The notes: generated by a model from the letters alone, not told the origin. Shown: positions 49,583 through 59,951, counted from the first letter of the stretch. The stretch: 64,000 bases of DNA from an uncultured Bacteroidales bacterium (GCA_964646255.1 CAZYDI010000006.1:5142-69141), one strand, 5' to 3'. Translations and numbers: made by a program.

Positions 49583-50020
49583 TCACTTGATGGGGTTGGT
49601 ATCCAACTTGATCAATTTACCATCGGCAAGAAAATCCATTTTTGTCTTATTGATTTCATCAATAAGCTCTATCCTGTAGTAGGAATTGCCTTCATCATCA
49701 ACCACCTGTTTTATTTCATCAATACCGGCTTTGTTTTTCCGCTGGTTCACTGCTTGTTGCACCGGAGCGGGTAATTCTTCAAAGGCAATATGGGTGGAGG
49801 TTTTTTCCCAGGTTCCATCGGGATCAATTTCAACCGTGGTCTTTTTACCTTTGTAAGTAAATTTTATTTTATAGTCGCCTTTCTCAACATTCCACTTTAC
49901 ATCGGTTACTCCCGGAAATTTCTTCTCAAACGTTTTGGCAACCCTGCCTGGTAAATCGCTCTTTTGGGAAAATGCACCCAGGGATATAAGGCAAAATAAA
50001 CATAGAACAATATACTTCAT
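49583..50020 (-). CDS. PepSY-like (DUF2874-type) periplasmic protein
   Basis: It has a signal peptide followed by two repeats of the LP..V...F...P....I..V pattern. The start is taken at ATG 50020. Confidence 0.6.
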   Translation of the reverse strand: MKYIVLCLFCLISLGAFSQKSDLPGRVAKTFEKKFPGVTDVKWNVEKGDYKIKFTYKGKKTTVEIDPDGTWEKTSTHIAFEELPAPVQQAVNQRKNKAGIDEIKQVVDDEGNSYYRIELIDEINKTKMDFLADGKLIKLDTNPIK

Positions 50021-50140
50021 GTCGGGTAAATTTTTGTGAAGGCAAAAATACACATTCCTGTCGATATTTGGGAACGTTTGTAGATATTTGAACTATTTAA
50101 TATTCTGTGTGTTACTATTTAATGAAATAAAAACACGATT

Positions 50141-50359
50141 ATGAATACCAGAAAAATAGGAATAATACTGATCATTGTCGGCATTGTTTTAACCGTAATA
50201 ACCGGGTTCAAATTCTTTACCAAAGAAAAAGTTGTTGACCTGGGCCCGCTTGAAATTGCAAAAGAAACACCACACAAGGTTAATTGGTCACCGTATGTAG
50301 GTGTTGGAATTATTGTATTAGGAGGAATTATGGTACTTGCGGGGCCAAGAAAGGTATAA
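50141..50359 (+). CDS. Small two-TM membrane protein
   Basis: The 72-aa product has two hydrophobic helices. I recognise no family. Confidence 0.45.
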   Translation: MNTRKIGIILIIVGIVLTVITGFKFFTKEKVVDLGPLEIAKETPHKVNWSPYVGVGIIVLGGIMVLAGPRKV

Positions 50360-50378
50360 CATTTTTGCTATGCGAACG

Positions 50379-52628
50379 CTACAATTCCCCGAGTTCCTTA
50401 AATTTATGACGCTCGGCCGCAATCCAAACAATGTCTCCGGGCTGAAAAGCAGTTTGAGAAACGGGATTTAAAATCCGTTCGCCATTTCTTTCAATACCAA
50501 TAACCAGTCCACTGGTTTTTTCGCGGATGCCTGATTCACTTATGGTTTTGCCACTGAGCATATTCGATGGTGTAATCTCCAGGGTTCTTACGATAATATC
50601 CACATCATCATTACCATTTTCGGGTGGCTCATTCATGCTTAATGCAGGCTGAAACAAATTTAACTGTTCATCTGAGCCAATGATTCCAACCCTGTCGGTT
50701 GGAAAAAGCCGGGTGTCGCGTGTGGGAAAGCATTTAAGTTCGTTGCCCCGCTTTATATAGGCTATGTTTATCCCGTACTTTTCCCTCCATGCCAATTGTT
50801 CCAGGGTTTGGCCAACGCATTTGGCCTGGTGGTCAATTTCAAGCTCAATAAGCTGCGCTTCCCACGATGAAAGGTTCAATTGTGGTATTGGGTTCGACGG
50901 TATCAGCGATGCAGTTTTTTCGGGCTGGTTTGAACCAATATTGGCTACAAGACGGCTCTCCAGCCGATGGTAGAATGCCTTTGTGCGATTTGAAAATATA
51001 TACAGCACTACGACAATTAAAGGCACAATAACAATAACGGATATAAGGGTTGTAAACAATTCGTTTACCAGAAACCCAATGATGATTAATCCGATTACAA
51101 CCCTCACAAGCTCAATTGCAATTAAGGGCCCCCTGTTGTATTTGTTATTTACCCAAAGTTCCCTGTAAGCAATATCATGGGATCTTTTCCCCATAAGGCC
51201 CCATAAAAACGGTGCAATTAGAATGAGGGTTACGGATAGTGCAAGAAAGTCGGCCACCGGTTCGTTTGTGGCTATTTTTTGTGTTAGCGGCACCAGGTAG
51301 TTCAAAGAAACCACAATCAGGGCAATAATGACAATGCTGTTTGTAATAATCCTGACCATGTATGACTTTACGGTAGTTTTCCAGGTTTTCTCCGTCCGGG
51401 TGATTCTCATGTTTTTTGAATAGGTTGAGAGAAAAGTCATCCACCTTTTCGGAAGTTTTGGTTCAAAAATGTCGTAAATTTTATCGGCATATTTAATCAT
51501 GTAGGGTGTGGTAAATGTGGTAATAGCTGATGCCCCTACCGCAACCGGGAAAAGAAAATCGCTGATTACGCCCAGTGACAATCCTAATGATGCAACAATA
51601 AATGCAAACTCACCGATTTGCGCCATGCTCATACCTATCTGAAAAGATTGCCGGGGTGACTGACCCGACAGGAGTGCGCCCAGAGAGGTACTGAAAAGTT
51701 TTCCGAAGATGGTAAGTAACGTTACTATGGCTACAACACCTCCATACTTTATGAGTATTGAAGGGTCGATCATCATTCCGATAGAAACAAAGAAAACTGC
51801 AGCAAACAGGTCTTTAACCGGTTTGGTAATATGCTCCACTTTTTCAGCAACGGAGGTTTCAGCCAGTATAAAGCCCATGATAAATGCACCCAGCTCTGCA
51901 GAAAAACCTGCACGGGTTGCCAGTACAACCATGCCCAGGCATAATCCAACCGACAGGATAAGTAGTGTTTCTTCATTAAGGAACCTTCGGGCTTTTTTAA
52001 CAAAGGACGGAAGTATGTATAAGCCCATGATCACCATCAGTGTCAGGAAAAAGAACAACTTTCCAATGGTTAACAAAAGCGCTGTACCTTCGAATTGCTG
52101 TGTAATGGCAATGGTTGGTAACAATACAAGAAGCAGTATTACAACAATGTCTTCTACAATCAGCACGCCAAAAACAACCCGTGCAAACGGACGTGCTTTT
52201 ATGCCCAGGTCATCAAAAGCCTTGATGATGATAGTAGTAGATGAGCTGGCCAGCATGGCGCCAATGAATATACTGTCCATAACCGACCAGTTGAGCAGCT
52301 GACCTGTTATGTAACCGGCAATGGTAATGAAAACAATTTCAATCAGAGCGGTGATTGACGCGGAGCCGCCAATATGAAGCAGCTTTTTTATGTTAAATTC
52401 AAGGCCCAGGGAAAACAGCAGAAATATGATTCCGATTTCGGCCAGTGTTTGCACATTCTCAGAATCAGTAACGGTAGGAACAATGCTCAGGTAAGGACCC
52501 ACGAGCATTCCTGCAATTATGTAACCAAGTACAAGTGGCTGTTTTATGCTTTTAAACAGCAGCGTAACAATGGCGCCGGTAACAAGAATCAGCGCCAGAT
52601 CTTCAATGAGGTGGGGGAGATGATCCAT
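50379..52628 (-). CDS. Cation:proton antiporter (CPA2/Kef-type) with extra TM block and two RCK_C/TrkA_C domains
   Basis: The N-terminal CPA2 core reads KQPLVLGYIIAGMLVGP. About four extra TM helices follow, then two TrkA_C-like repeats (...DRVGIIGSDEQ... and ...GDIVWIAAER...). The start is taken at ATG 52628. Confidence 0.85.
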   Translation of the reverse strand: MDHLPHLIEDLALILVTGAIVTLLFKSIKQPLVLGYIIAGMLVGPYLSIVPTVTDSENVQTLAEIGIIFLLFSLGLEFNIKKLLHIGGSASITALIEIVFITIAGYITGQLLNWSVMDSIFIGAMLASSSTTIIIKAFDDLGIKARPFARVVFGVLIVEDIVVILLLVLLPTIAITQQFEGTALLLTIGKLFFFLTLMVIMGLYILPSFVKKARRFLNEETLLILSVGLCLGMVVLATRAGFSAELGAFIMGFILAETSVAEKVEHITKPVKDLFAAVFFVSIGMMIDPSILIKYGGVVAIVTLLTIFGKLFSTSLGALLSGQSPRQSFQIGMSMAQIGEFAFIVASLGLSLGVISDFLFPVAVGASAITTFTTPYMIKYADKIYDIFEPKLPKRWMTFLSTYSKNMRITRTEKTWKTTVKSYMVRIITNSIVIIALIVVSLNYLVPLTQKIATNEPVADFLALSVTLILIAPFLWGLMGKRSHDIAYRELWVNNKYNRGPLIAIELVRVVIGLIIIGFLVNELFTTLISVIVIVPLIVVVLYIFSNRTKAFYHRLESRLVANIGSNQPEKTASLIPSNPIPQLNLSSWEAQLIELEIDHQAKCVGQTLEQLAWREKYGINIAYIKRGNELKCFPTRDTRLFPTDRVGIIGSDEQLNLFQPALSMNEPPENGNDDVDIIVRTLEITPSNMLSGKTISESGIREKTSGLVIGIERNGERILNPVSQTAFQPGDIVWIAAERHKFKELGEL

Positions 52629-52653
52629 TAAAACCGGCAAATTTAATAACAGT

Positions 52654-52661
52654 CAAAGTTA
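52654..52661 (-). promoter_or_regulatory. Candidate -7 promoter box (TAACTTTG) upstream of the antiporter gene
   Basis: Plus-strand caaagtta is the reverse complement of TAACTTTG. It lies 25 nt upstream of ATG 52628. A second match, TAAATTTG, lies at 52638-52645. Confidence 0.3.
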
Positions 52662-52707
52662 CAAATTCATCAGTTGAATTTTTCTCTCCTTAACGAATTA
52701 AAACAGC

Positions 52708-52755
52708 AAAAAAATAAGCTTTTTTAACGGCACGGGGGTATTGTTCCGTTAAAAA
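52708..52755 (-). terminator. Rho-independent terminator after the 52795-53205 gene
   Basis: A perfect 10-bp stem joins TTTTTAACGG (52721-52730) to CCGTTAAAAA (52746-52755). On the minus strand it is followed by AGCTTATTTTTTTG. Confidence 0.55.
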
Positions 52756-52794
52756 CACAATGCCTGATCAGGTATTAATTATATGCAGTGATCG

Positions 52795-53205
52795 TTATTC
52801 GCTTTTGGCTATAATCCATTGTAAGGCATCTTCAACGTCCTTAAAATAGGCATTTACCACCAGCTGTGATTTGTCGAGTTTTTTAACGAAATTTTCAACT
52901 GAGAATTTTGAGAATACATCCTCCGGCACTATAATAGCATGAAGCATTTGGCCATGTTCCTTAGCATGCAATGTACAACGCTTAACGCCATGCTCTTGTC
53001 CCTGTGGACTTAATCCACGGTGCAACCTTGTATCAAGTATAAGGTTTTTGGCTCCTTTCTTAACCATGAGCTTAAGTACCTCTTCGAGTAATGATGCAAA
53101 GAGTTCAAAACTGGTAAATCCTTCCCAGGTTTCCAGTATTGCACTGGCTTCGGGATAATAGGTAAGTGTTAGTCTTTCGTGTGTGAAAATAACTTCTGAT
53201 TTCAT
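52795..53205 (-). CDS. Hypothetical protein, STAS/SpoIIAA-like
   Basis: The 136-aa product has a pattern typical of STAS_2-like proteins (...ILETWEGF...NLILDTR...AIIVPEDVF...F.DVEDALQWI). Confidence 0.5.
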   Translation of the reverse strand: MKSEVIFTHERLTLTYYPEASAILETWEGFTSFELFASLLEEVLKLMVKKGAKNLILDTRLHRGLSPQGQEHGVKRCTLHAKEHGQMLHAIIVPEDVFSKFSVENFVKKLDKSQLVVNAYFKDVEDALQWIIAKSE

Positions 53206-53374
53206 TTTTAAAGCGTTTGGTTGATTTGTTTAATTAACGGAAACCAGCAGTTAAACGTTACACATTTTTTGTTCATTTTGAATCACCCTATTCATTGGAT
53301 GGTTACACAAAGTATAATGACCATCAATCATTTACGTCCCGATTCAATAAGCGCATGCAGGAGTTGCACCAGTA

Positions 53375-54154
53375 TCAGGGAAGTGTAAAGAGAATGTGGT
53401 TTTCTGATATGGAGGTGAATGTTTTACCTGATTCTGTGTGGGAAAAATGTCGCCGGATAAAAATGTCTTTGCCAGTATCCGACGTGAATTTCAAAGAAAT
53501 TATGGTGTTTTCACCATTCTGCATTATCACTGCCACGTAATCCTTCAAATCACTAAACAAAAAGGCTAGGTCAGGTGCACCATTCATAATACCGAGTTCT
53601 CCTTTAACGAGTAAGGCATCACGATTGATGGCTTCAGATGATTTGCCGGGAACAAAAAGTCCGATGTTGGCCGGCGCTTCAGTTATCTTTGCTGCTATTG
53701 CTTTCCCTATTTCAAGTGAGGCAAGGCTGTCGCTCTTGTTACCGGAATTGTTGATTATATTCACATAATAAGGTCCTTTGCAAAACTGAAGCTGGTATGA
53801 GGTCAAACAGGTATAGGGTGACAATGGAGGAGAAGACAGGCACTGAAAGCGGGATACCGAATAAATTCCGAAGGCTTCCTCAGGGCTGTTCATTTTGTAC
53901 AACTCAATTTTGAATTCGCTGCCGTTGAATTGCAATTCACTAATCCAGGCAGCTGAACAGCCATATTCGAGAAAAAGTTCAGCACCGCCGTTCATATAAC
54001 CAAAAAGTGACGATCCGCTATATCCTTTCCCTTTTAAAAAATGGGCACCTGGTAAATCATCATCATTGATCCGGGGAAATGAAGCAGCCTCCTGGCAATA
54101 TCCCTTCGCTGCAAGCAGTGCACCCAACAACATAAAATACCACACCAATTTCAT
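53375..54154 (-). CDS. Hypothetical secreted protein
   Basis: The 259-aa product has a signal peptide (MKLVWYFMLLGALLAAKGYC). It lies 11 nt downstream of the DUF362 gene. I recognise no firm family. Confidence 0.5.
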   Translation of the reverse strand: MKLVWYFMLLGALLAAKGYCQEAASFPRINDDDLPGAHFLKGKGYSGSSLFGYMNGGAELFLEYGCSAAWISELQFNGSEFKIELYKMNSPEEAFGIYSVSRFQCLSSPPLSPYTCLTSYQLQFCKGPYYVNIINNSGNKSDSLASLEIGKAIAAKITEAPANIGLFVPGKSSEAINRDALLVKGELGIMNGAPDLAFLFSDLKDYVAVIMQNGENTIISLKFTSDTGKDIFIRRHFSHTESGKTFTSISENHILFTLP

Positions 54155-54165
54155 TGTATGCAGTT

Positions 54166-55332
54166 TTATCCAAGGTCAATTATGCTCAGTTTGATATCAC
54201 GGACATCAGCAATACCCAGTCCAAGTGAAGATGCCTGATCAAGAAACTTCAATACCTCCGGAGTCGGTGCTTTCTGTATGCCTTCAAAAATGCGTTTTTC
54301 AGCAACAATGTCATAGCTTATCCTGTCAAGTGCCACCGGGTCAGACGCAACAAGTATGGTATTGAAGTTGCATATAAACTGAGGGTTGGCGCCTGGTCCT
54401 CCGTTAAAGCATCCTTTAAGTGCGTCACATATATTAAGCACAACCTTATCGCGCAAAGGAGCAAAGGCACAAACTTCAGCACAGGTTTCATTCCACAATT
54501 GTGCATGCAGCCTTCCGGTATTGGAAATAGAGCCATATGCAAGGTTTTTCATTGCATTGGTAATGGAGGCGCCTGCATTTTTCAGAATGGGAATATTGAT
54601 AATCTTATCCACTTCTTGTGTTACAATTTTTGAGAAGTAGGAGTATTTACCCCCGTTTACCATATAGGGCATGGTTTCACTGTCGTATTCACCCTCCACA
54701 TCGGCCCAGTAATACCAATCCTTATCAATATTCGATTCACCGTATAGTTTTCCATTGGAATCATAAAATGATCCATTGTCATCCTGGCATTCTGTACCAC
54801 GAATGGCAATACCCGGGTAATTTTCGGGTGTGAACCCAACATCTTTTAATTCCATATCCCGCCTGTCCCATATCATGATATGCTTTCGTTCGATTCCGCT
54901 GGCTTCCAACTGCTTAATTACCGATTGGGTAATGGCATGGCTGGTTGAAAGCAGCTTTCCGGCAACAGGGTTTACCTTAAGTCCGATGCGTTCTCCGGGG
55001 CTTACAAAAGTTCTCCATGCCTGGGCCAAGTTGCTCTTACCGGTTAATTCAACCATTGCTTTTTCAAGCATACGAAAAGCTTCCTGTTCAACAGGCTCAT
55101 TGTTCATAACAGATTGTAAGCTTTTTACCTCCACAACCTTTCCCGGAAATATCCCGGGCATCGACCAGTCATTTCGTGCAACTTTGGCTGCATCAGCAAT
55201 ATTGGTGGCCGGTTTGCCCTTTATAGCAGGTATCGGGGAACCGAATACCGATAACGGTTTGGCAGCCAAAACTGCACCTCCTGCACCCAGGAGGGCAACA
55301 AATTTTCGGCGGTTGAGCGAATTGTCTTTCAT
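54166..55332 (-). CDS. Tat-signal DUF362 domain protein
   Basis: The 388-aa product has a twin-arginine leader, NRRKFVALLGAGGAVLAAKP. The body resembles DUF362 (IGLKVNPV..., ...KNAGASITNAMKNL...). That assignment is from memory of the family. Confidence 0.6.
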   Translation of the reverse strand: MKDNSLNRRKFVALLGAGGAVLAAKPLSVFGSPIPAIKGKPATNIADAAKVARNDWSMPGIFPGKVVEVKSLQSVMNNEPVEQEAFRMLEKAMVELTGKSNLAQAWRTFVSPGERIGLKVNPVAGKLLSTSHAITQSVIKQLEASGIERKHIMIWDRRDMELKDVGFTPENYPGIAIRGTECQDDNGSFYDSNGKLYGESNIDKDWYYWADVEGEYDSETMPYMVNGGKYSYFSKIVTQEVDKIINIPILKNAGASITNAMKNLAYGSISNTGRLHAQLWNETCAEVCAFAPLRDKVVLNICDALKGCFNGGPGANPQFICNFNTILVASDPVALDRISYDIVAEKRIFEGIQKAPTPEVLKFLDQASSLGLGIADVRDIKLSIIDLG

Positions 55333-55364
55333 AGGGAGAATTGATGAAAAATAATAAACAGTTA

Positions 55365-56636
55365 TTAATCGTTTTCAAACAGTTTAAGGTTGATTGACTC
55401 ACCCATTAATACATAACCTGCTTCATTGGGGTGGAGATAATCACCGGTATGTGCTTCGGGCTTTATAGTCATGGGATCGGCAGGATTTTGCAATGTATGG
55501 TCGAAATCAATTACCGCATCAAAGCGACCACTCTCACGAATCCAGGTATTTACTGTTTTTCGTGCTGCCTCACGGAAATCCTTGTAATAAAATGATTGCG
55601 CAAATGGTGCAATAGTTGCTCCATAAACCTTTAAGCCACGGGCATGTGCTTTATCAATCATTGTTTCATAAGCTGCAATAAGCTCCCTGGCCACCTGTGC
55701 AGCGGTTTCTTCAGTTTGGGTGCCGCCTATATCGTTAATGGCTTCAAAGATGATAACCCAGCGAACGCCGCTTTGGTTGAGTATATCACGGTCGAACCGG
55801 TCAAGTGCCGAAGGGCCCAAACAGGCTTTTAATACACAATTGCCGCCAACACCCATATTGAGAACACCTACATTTTGTGTAGCAGGGTTTTTTAAAAGAC
55901 GTTCAGAGAGGATATCCGGCCATCGGTTTTGCTTATTGGTGCCGGAACCTCTTCCATCGGTAATTGAATTTCCAATGATGGCTATAGTACCTGCATTTAC
56001 AGGTGTTTTAACATCAATTCCGTTGATAACATACCAGTGATCAGTTGGCACTGCCCCGGAAAACCTTGCCGACGAAGACATGTCACCGCTGAGCAGGTAT
56101 GAGGTTGTACGGGAACCGGGATGTCCGGTAACATCGGGTGATGTTTCACCAAAACAAATGGTTATGGCCACATCCATGCGGGGCTTCAAATTAAAAGTAA
56201 AGGGATCGCTTATAATGGCACTTCCCGGCGCCATGGTTACCATTGACTTACCATTAAATTGTATTTCAGTTATTGTGCTGCTGTCGATATTGCTCCCTCC
56301 GGTTGAAGCAGCAACCATTACTTTTTGCATGGTAACGGGACTTTTACTGAATTCGTTTGAAAATTTCAAACGCAGGTTGGTTCCTCCAATGGATACCCGT
56401 ACAATCTGCCTAATTGTGTTATTGCTTAAGCCAGGCTCAGGAGGCATATTATGTGGTTCAACAAGCTGGGGAGAACATGCCCAGGTTCCTGTCCACCGCA
56501 TTGGTGTCTGAATGGTGTTTTGATGCTGTACTTTTCCGGCAGTACAGGAAATTGGCAATACAACAGACAAAACAATGAGCCCTAAAACTATAAAACGGTT
56601 AGTGTATAAGTGGTTTGAACACATTAAATGCTTCAT
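55365..56636 (-). CDS. SGNH/GDSL hydrolase family lipoprotein
   Basis: The 423-aa product has a lipobox-like PISC and an N-terminal beta-sandwich-like region. SGNH blocks IAIIGNSITDG, GVGGN, FEAINDIG and DYLHPN follow. Confidence 0.8.
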   Translation of the reverse strand: MKHLMCSNHLYTNRFIVLGLIVLSVVLPISCTAGKVQHQNTIQTPMRWTGTWACSPQLVEPHNMPPEPGLSNNTIRQIVRVSIGGTNLRLKFSNEFSKSPVTMQKVMVAASTGGSNIDSSTITEIQFNGKSMVTMAPGSAIISDPFTFNLKPRMDVAITICFGETSPDVTGHPGSRTTSYLLSGDMSSSARFSGAVPTDHWYVINGIDVKTPVNAGTIAIIGNSITDGRGSGTNKQNRWPDILSERLLKNPATQNVGVLNMGVGGNCVLKACLGPSALDRFDRDILNQSGVRWVIIFEAINDIGGTQTEETAAQVARELIAAYETMIDKAHARGLKVYGATIAPFAQSFYYKDFREAARKTVNTWIRESGRFDAVIDFDHTLQNPADPMTIKPEAHTGDYLHPNEAGYVLMGESINLKLFEND

Positions 56637-56725
56637 GATCGTGATATTTTTGTAAGGTATAAATATACTTCATTTGGGCTCATATTAAACAGCAACAAAA
56701 TTTTAATTGCAAACGGAGAAGACTG

Positions 56726-57328
56726 CTATAATCTCAAAAACGGCACAATCATCGGTACTTCCTTTTTATATCGGAGATATGCCTCACCGAATTCCAGAAC
56801 CAGTTTTCTTTCTTCCAGTAGTGTGCCAATAAAAATATATGCAGTAAGTACCGTATTGATTACAATATCGGATAACCGGCAGGTATTACTCCATATGATC
56901 AATAAAACGCCCAGGTACAACGGGTGTCTTACCAATCCAAGTAAACCGGTATTTTTTAAACCAGGTGGCGTTTGTCTGACAGGCCGCCTGAATTGCAATA
57001 TTTGCCTTATTCCTGCGAATGTCAAAAAATCATAGTCGAATAAAAAGGCCTTGATAAAAATTAAAGCACCGGTTGCCATCAAACCATACCGGATAACCGT
57101 AATCACGGTACCGTATTCAAAAATTACCGGACTCGCCCAAAGTCGTGTATAATAGAGCACGGGCACCAACAATATAAATGAAAGAATTACATATACGATG
57201 CGGTAAAAGGCATAGTAGTCCTTTAACCGGGTTTTCATGCTGGCAGTGAATCCAATGCTGATAAGGTAGCTATGCAACGCACAATATGCAGCCCAAATGA
57301 ATCCTATATACATTAGTTTCACCACCAT
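56726..57328 (-). CDS. Membrane methyltransferase, ICMT/PEMT-like family
   Basis: The 200-aa polytopic protein carries GLVRHPLYLGVLLIIW and EERKLVLEFGEAYLRYKKEVP. Both are characteristic of isoprenylcysteine carboxyl methyltransferase-like proteins. Confidence 0.7.
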   Translation of the reverse strand: MVVKLMYIGFIWAAYCALHSYLISIGFTASMKTRLKDYYAFYRIVYVILSFILLVPVLYYTRLWASPVIFEYGTVITVIRYGLMATGALIFIKAFLFDYDFLTFAGIRQILQFRRPVRQTPPGLKNTGLLGLVRHPLYLGVLLIIWSNTCRLSDIVINTVLTAYIFIGTLLEERKLVLEFGEAYLRYKKEVPMIVPFLRL

Positions 57329-57457
57329 CCGTAAAATTTTATCATCTGCTGTATGAATGTAGTTAAAAATTTCATCGGGAATTTGACAGATCGGATTTTT
57401 TGTTTTCTTTGTAATAATATGAAAAGCTATTGAATATTAACCCCAAAAACCATCAAC

Positions 57458-58660
57458 GTGAAAACAAAACAAACAACCGCATGGATTATTACCATGGCTG
57501 CCTTGGGTATCAATTTATTGCTTGGATTACTATATGCCTGGAGCGTATTTAAAAAGGCCTTGGTAACCGAGTGGGGCTGGAACGATGTTACTGCTTCCCT
57601 GCCTTTTACGGTTTCAGCAGCCATTTTTGCGTTTATGATGATTTTTGCAGGCCGGGCTCAGGATCAGTATGGTCCCAGGAAGATAGCACTTTTGGGCGGG
57701 ATATTGTTTGGCGTGGGTTTGCTGGCATCCGGGTTTGCAAAAACACCAACTGCAATGATTCTAACATTTGGAGTAATGGGAGGGCTTGGCATTGGCCTTG
57801 CCTATTCCGCCACCACACCTTGTGCCATTAAATGGTTTCATTCTTCAAAGAAAGGAGTGATCTCCGGTATTGTGGTTTCGGGAGTTGGACTGGCGCCGGT
57901 ATACATTGCTCCGTTGACAGCATATTTTATTAAATTATATGGAATCCAGCATACTTTTTTTATCCTGGGAGGGATCGCATTAATTGCCATTATTGGTTTC
58001 TCAATGATCCTGATAAATCCTCCTGCTGATTATAATCCGGCTCAGGCATCTGATAAAACAACAAATACTCCTTCCATAAAAGCTGTTCCCTGGTCAGATG
58101 CCATTAAAACCAAAGAGTTTGTTTTCCTTTGGCTTACCTTTCTGCTATCGGCAACAGCCGGGTTAATGCTCATAGCTCATATGGCAAGCATTGCCGACAC
58201 ACAGGCAGGGTGGAAAGCAGGCTTTATGCTCGTTGTTATTCTTTCCATTTTTAATGCGCTTGGCAGGGTGCTTATTGGCTTCTTATCCGATGTTATGGGG
58301 CGCAAATCATCCCTCATACTGGTTTTTTTGATACAGGCAGTTAATATGTTCATTTTTAGTCAGTATCAATCTATTCCTGCCTTGATCATTGGTGCCTCTA
58401 TCGCCGGTCTGGCCTATGGTTCGCTGTTTTCGCTCATGCCATCGATAACCGCCGATTTTTTCGGATTAAAAACCCTGGGTGTAAATTACGGGCTTGTATT
58501 TTCGGGTTGGGGCATCGCTGCTATTATCGGACCCGTATTGGGCGGATATGCCGTGATGAGTACCGGAACCTATACAACTTCTTATGTTACCGCAGGTATC
58601 CTTTTACTGGTAGGTACTGTGCTTGTAATGTTCATGAAATCGCCTTCATCGGGCAAATAA
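57458..58660 (+). CDS. MFS transporter, oxalate/formate antiporter (OFA)-like
   Basis: The 400-aa protein has 12 TM helices and a GTG start. Its N-terminus, WIITMAALGINLLLGLLYAWSVFKKAL, and the motif GRAQDQYGPRK are typical of OFA-family members. Confidence 0.8.
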   Translation: MKTKQTTAWIITMAALGINLLLGLLYAWSVFKKALVTEWGWNDVTASLPFTVSAAIFAFMMIFAGRAQDQYGPRKIALLGGILFGVGLLASGFAKTPTAMILTFGVMGGLGIGLAYSATTPCAIKWFHSSKKGVISGIVVSGVGLAPVYIAPLTAYFIKLYGIQHTFFILGGIALIAIIGFSMILINPPADYNPAQASDKTTNTPSIKAVPWSDAIKTKEFVFLWLTFLLSATAGLMLIAHMASIADTQAGWKAGFMLVVILSIFNALGRVLIGFLSDVMGRKSSLILVFLIQAVNMFIFSQYQSIPALIIGASIAGLAYGSLFSLMPSITADFFGLKTLGVNYGLVFSGWGIAAIIGPVLGGYAVMSTGTYTTSYVTAGILLLVGTVLVMFMKSPSSGK

Positions 58661-58694
58661 TCAAATATCGTATTCTATGCATTTCCATCAGTCT

Positions 58695-59951
58695 ATGAAA
58701 AATACCGTATTATTTTTGCTTGCCGCAGGAATTTCACTTACTGCGGTGTCACAGGAAGTAAAGCCTGAAAAGCCGGTTGACGTTAAGATTTCGGGCTTCA
58801 TTATGAACAATTTTATGTTTGACACAAGAAAAAATGTAGATGCACTGGATGGCATGGTTTTGTTGTATCCGTTGCCGGAATTGCCCGATGCGGAGGGAAA
58901 TGATTTAAACAAATCACCCAATATGAACCTGTTGTCCTTTGCGTCACGGTTAAAATTCGGCATAACCGGTCCGGATGCATTTGGAGCGCGCACATCAGGA
59001 ATGATGGAAATGGATTTCACTGCAAGGGCCAACTGTGCATCATTACGTTTCAGGCAGGCATGGTTAAAACTGAACTGGGAAAACAGTGAACTTCTCATTG
59101 GGCGTGCCTGGCATCCCCTGGCATCCATGGATGTATTACCAGGAGTGGTTGCGCTAAGCATGGGTGCCCCATTTCAGCCATTTAACAGGAGTGACCAGGT
59201 AAGTTTGACCCGGAGCTTTAACAAACTGAGCCTGCTGCTATCGGCATCATATCAAAACGATTATACCAATAACGGCCCATCAGGTAAAACGTATGCTTAT
59301 CAGAACAACGCACTGCTTCCAAACCTCCATATACAGGTAAAATATAAATGTACAAACGCTGTTTTGGGCCTGGGAATCGACTACAAACGCCTGAAGCCAC
59401 GAACTTATGTTGAAGCGCCACAAACAAGAGCCCGGACAAAAACCAGTGAAGCGGTTAATTGCGGCGCGGTGGTAGCATTCGGACAGGTGAAAAATGAAAA
59501 GATTACCATAGGTACAAAGGCGGTATTGGCTTCCAATACAAGTGAAAGCCTAATGATGGGCGGATATGGAATAGCTTCTTATGATACCATTACCGGATAT
59601 GAAACGTACTCCAATTTTCGTCACTTTTTCTGGTGGGGAAATGCATCCTATGGAGGCAAATTAAAGGGAAATATTTTCTTCGGATATCTAAAAAACCTGG
59701 GTACCGGAAAGAACCTTGTTACGCCTTTCAGCGCTACACCAAATACATTTGGACTGGGTGAAAACATCGACCAGTTTATTCGCATTACGCCAACCGTGTC
59801 TTATACATCCGGAAAGGCCATGCTTGCGCTGGAACTCGAACAAAACATTGCCTGGATGGGAACAATTGATTATGCCGACAAGGGAAATATCATTAATTCC
59901 AGCAGGATAGGCGGCACACGATTGTTGCTTTCGCTGATGTATAATTTTTAA
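58695..59951 (+). CDS. Outer-membrane beta-barrel porin-like protein
   Basis: It has a signal peptide (MKNTVLFLLAAGISLTAVSQ), an amphipathic strand pattern and a C-terminal ...LLLSLMYNF. The start is taken at ATG 58695. Confidence 0.65.
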   Translation: MKNTVLFLLAAGISLTAVSQEVKPEKPVDVKISGFIMNNFMFDTRKNVDALDGMVLLYPLPELPDAEGNDLNKSPNMNLLSFASRLKFGITGPDAFGARTSGMMEMDFTARANCASLRFRQAWLKLNWENSELLIGRAWHPLASMDVLPGVVALSMGAPFQPFNRSDQVSLTRSFNKLSLLLSASYQNDYTNNGPSGKTYAYQNNALLPNLHIQVKYKCTNAVLGLGIDYKRLKPRTYVEAPQTRARTKTSEAVNCGAVVAFGQVKNEKITIGTKAVLASNTSESLMMGGYGIASYDTITGYETYSNFRHFFWWGNASYGGKLKGNIFFGYLKNLGTGKNLVTPFSATPNTFGLGENIDQFIRITPTVSYTSGKAMLALELEQNIAWMGTIDYADKGNIINSSRIGGTRLLLSLMYNF

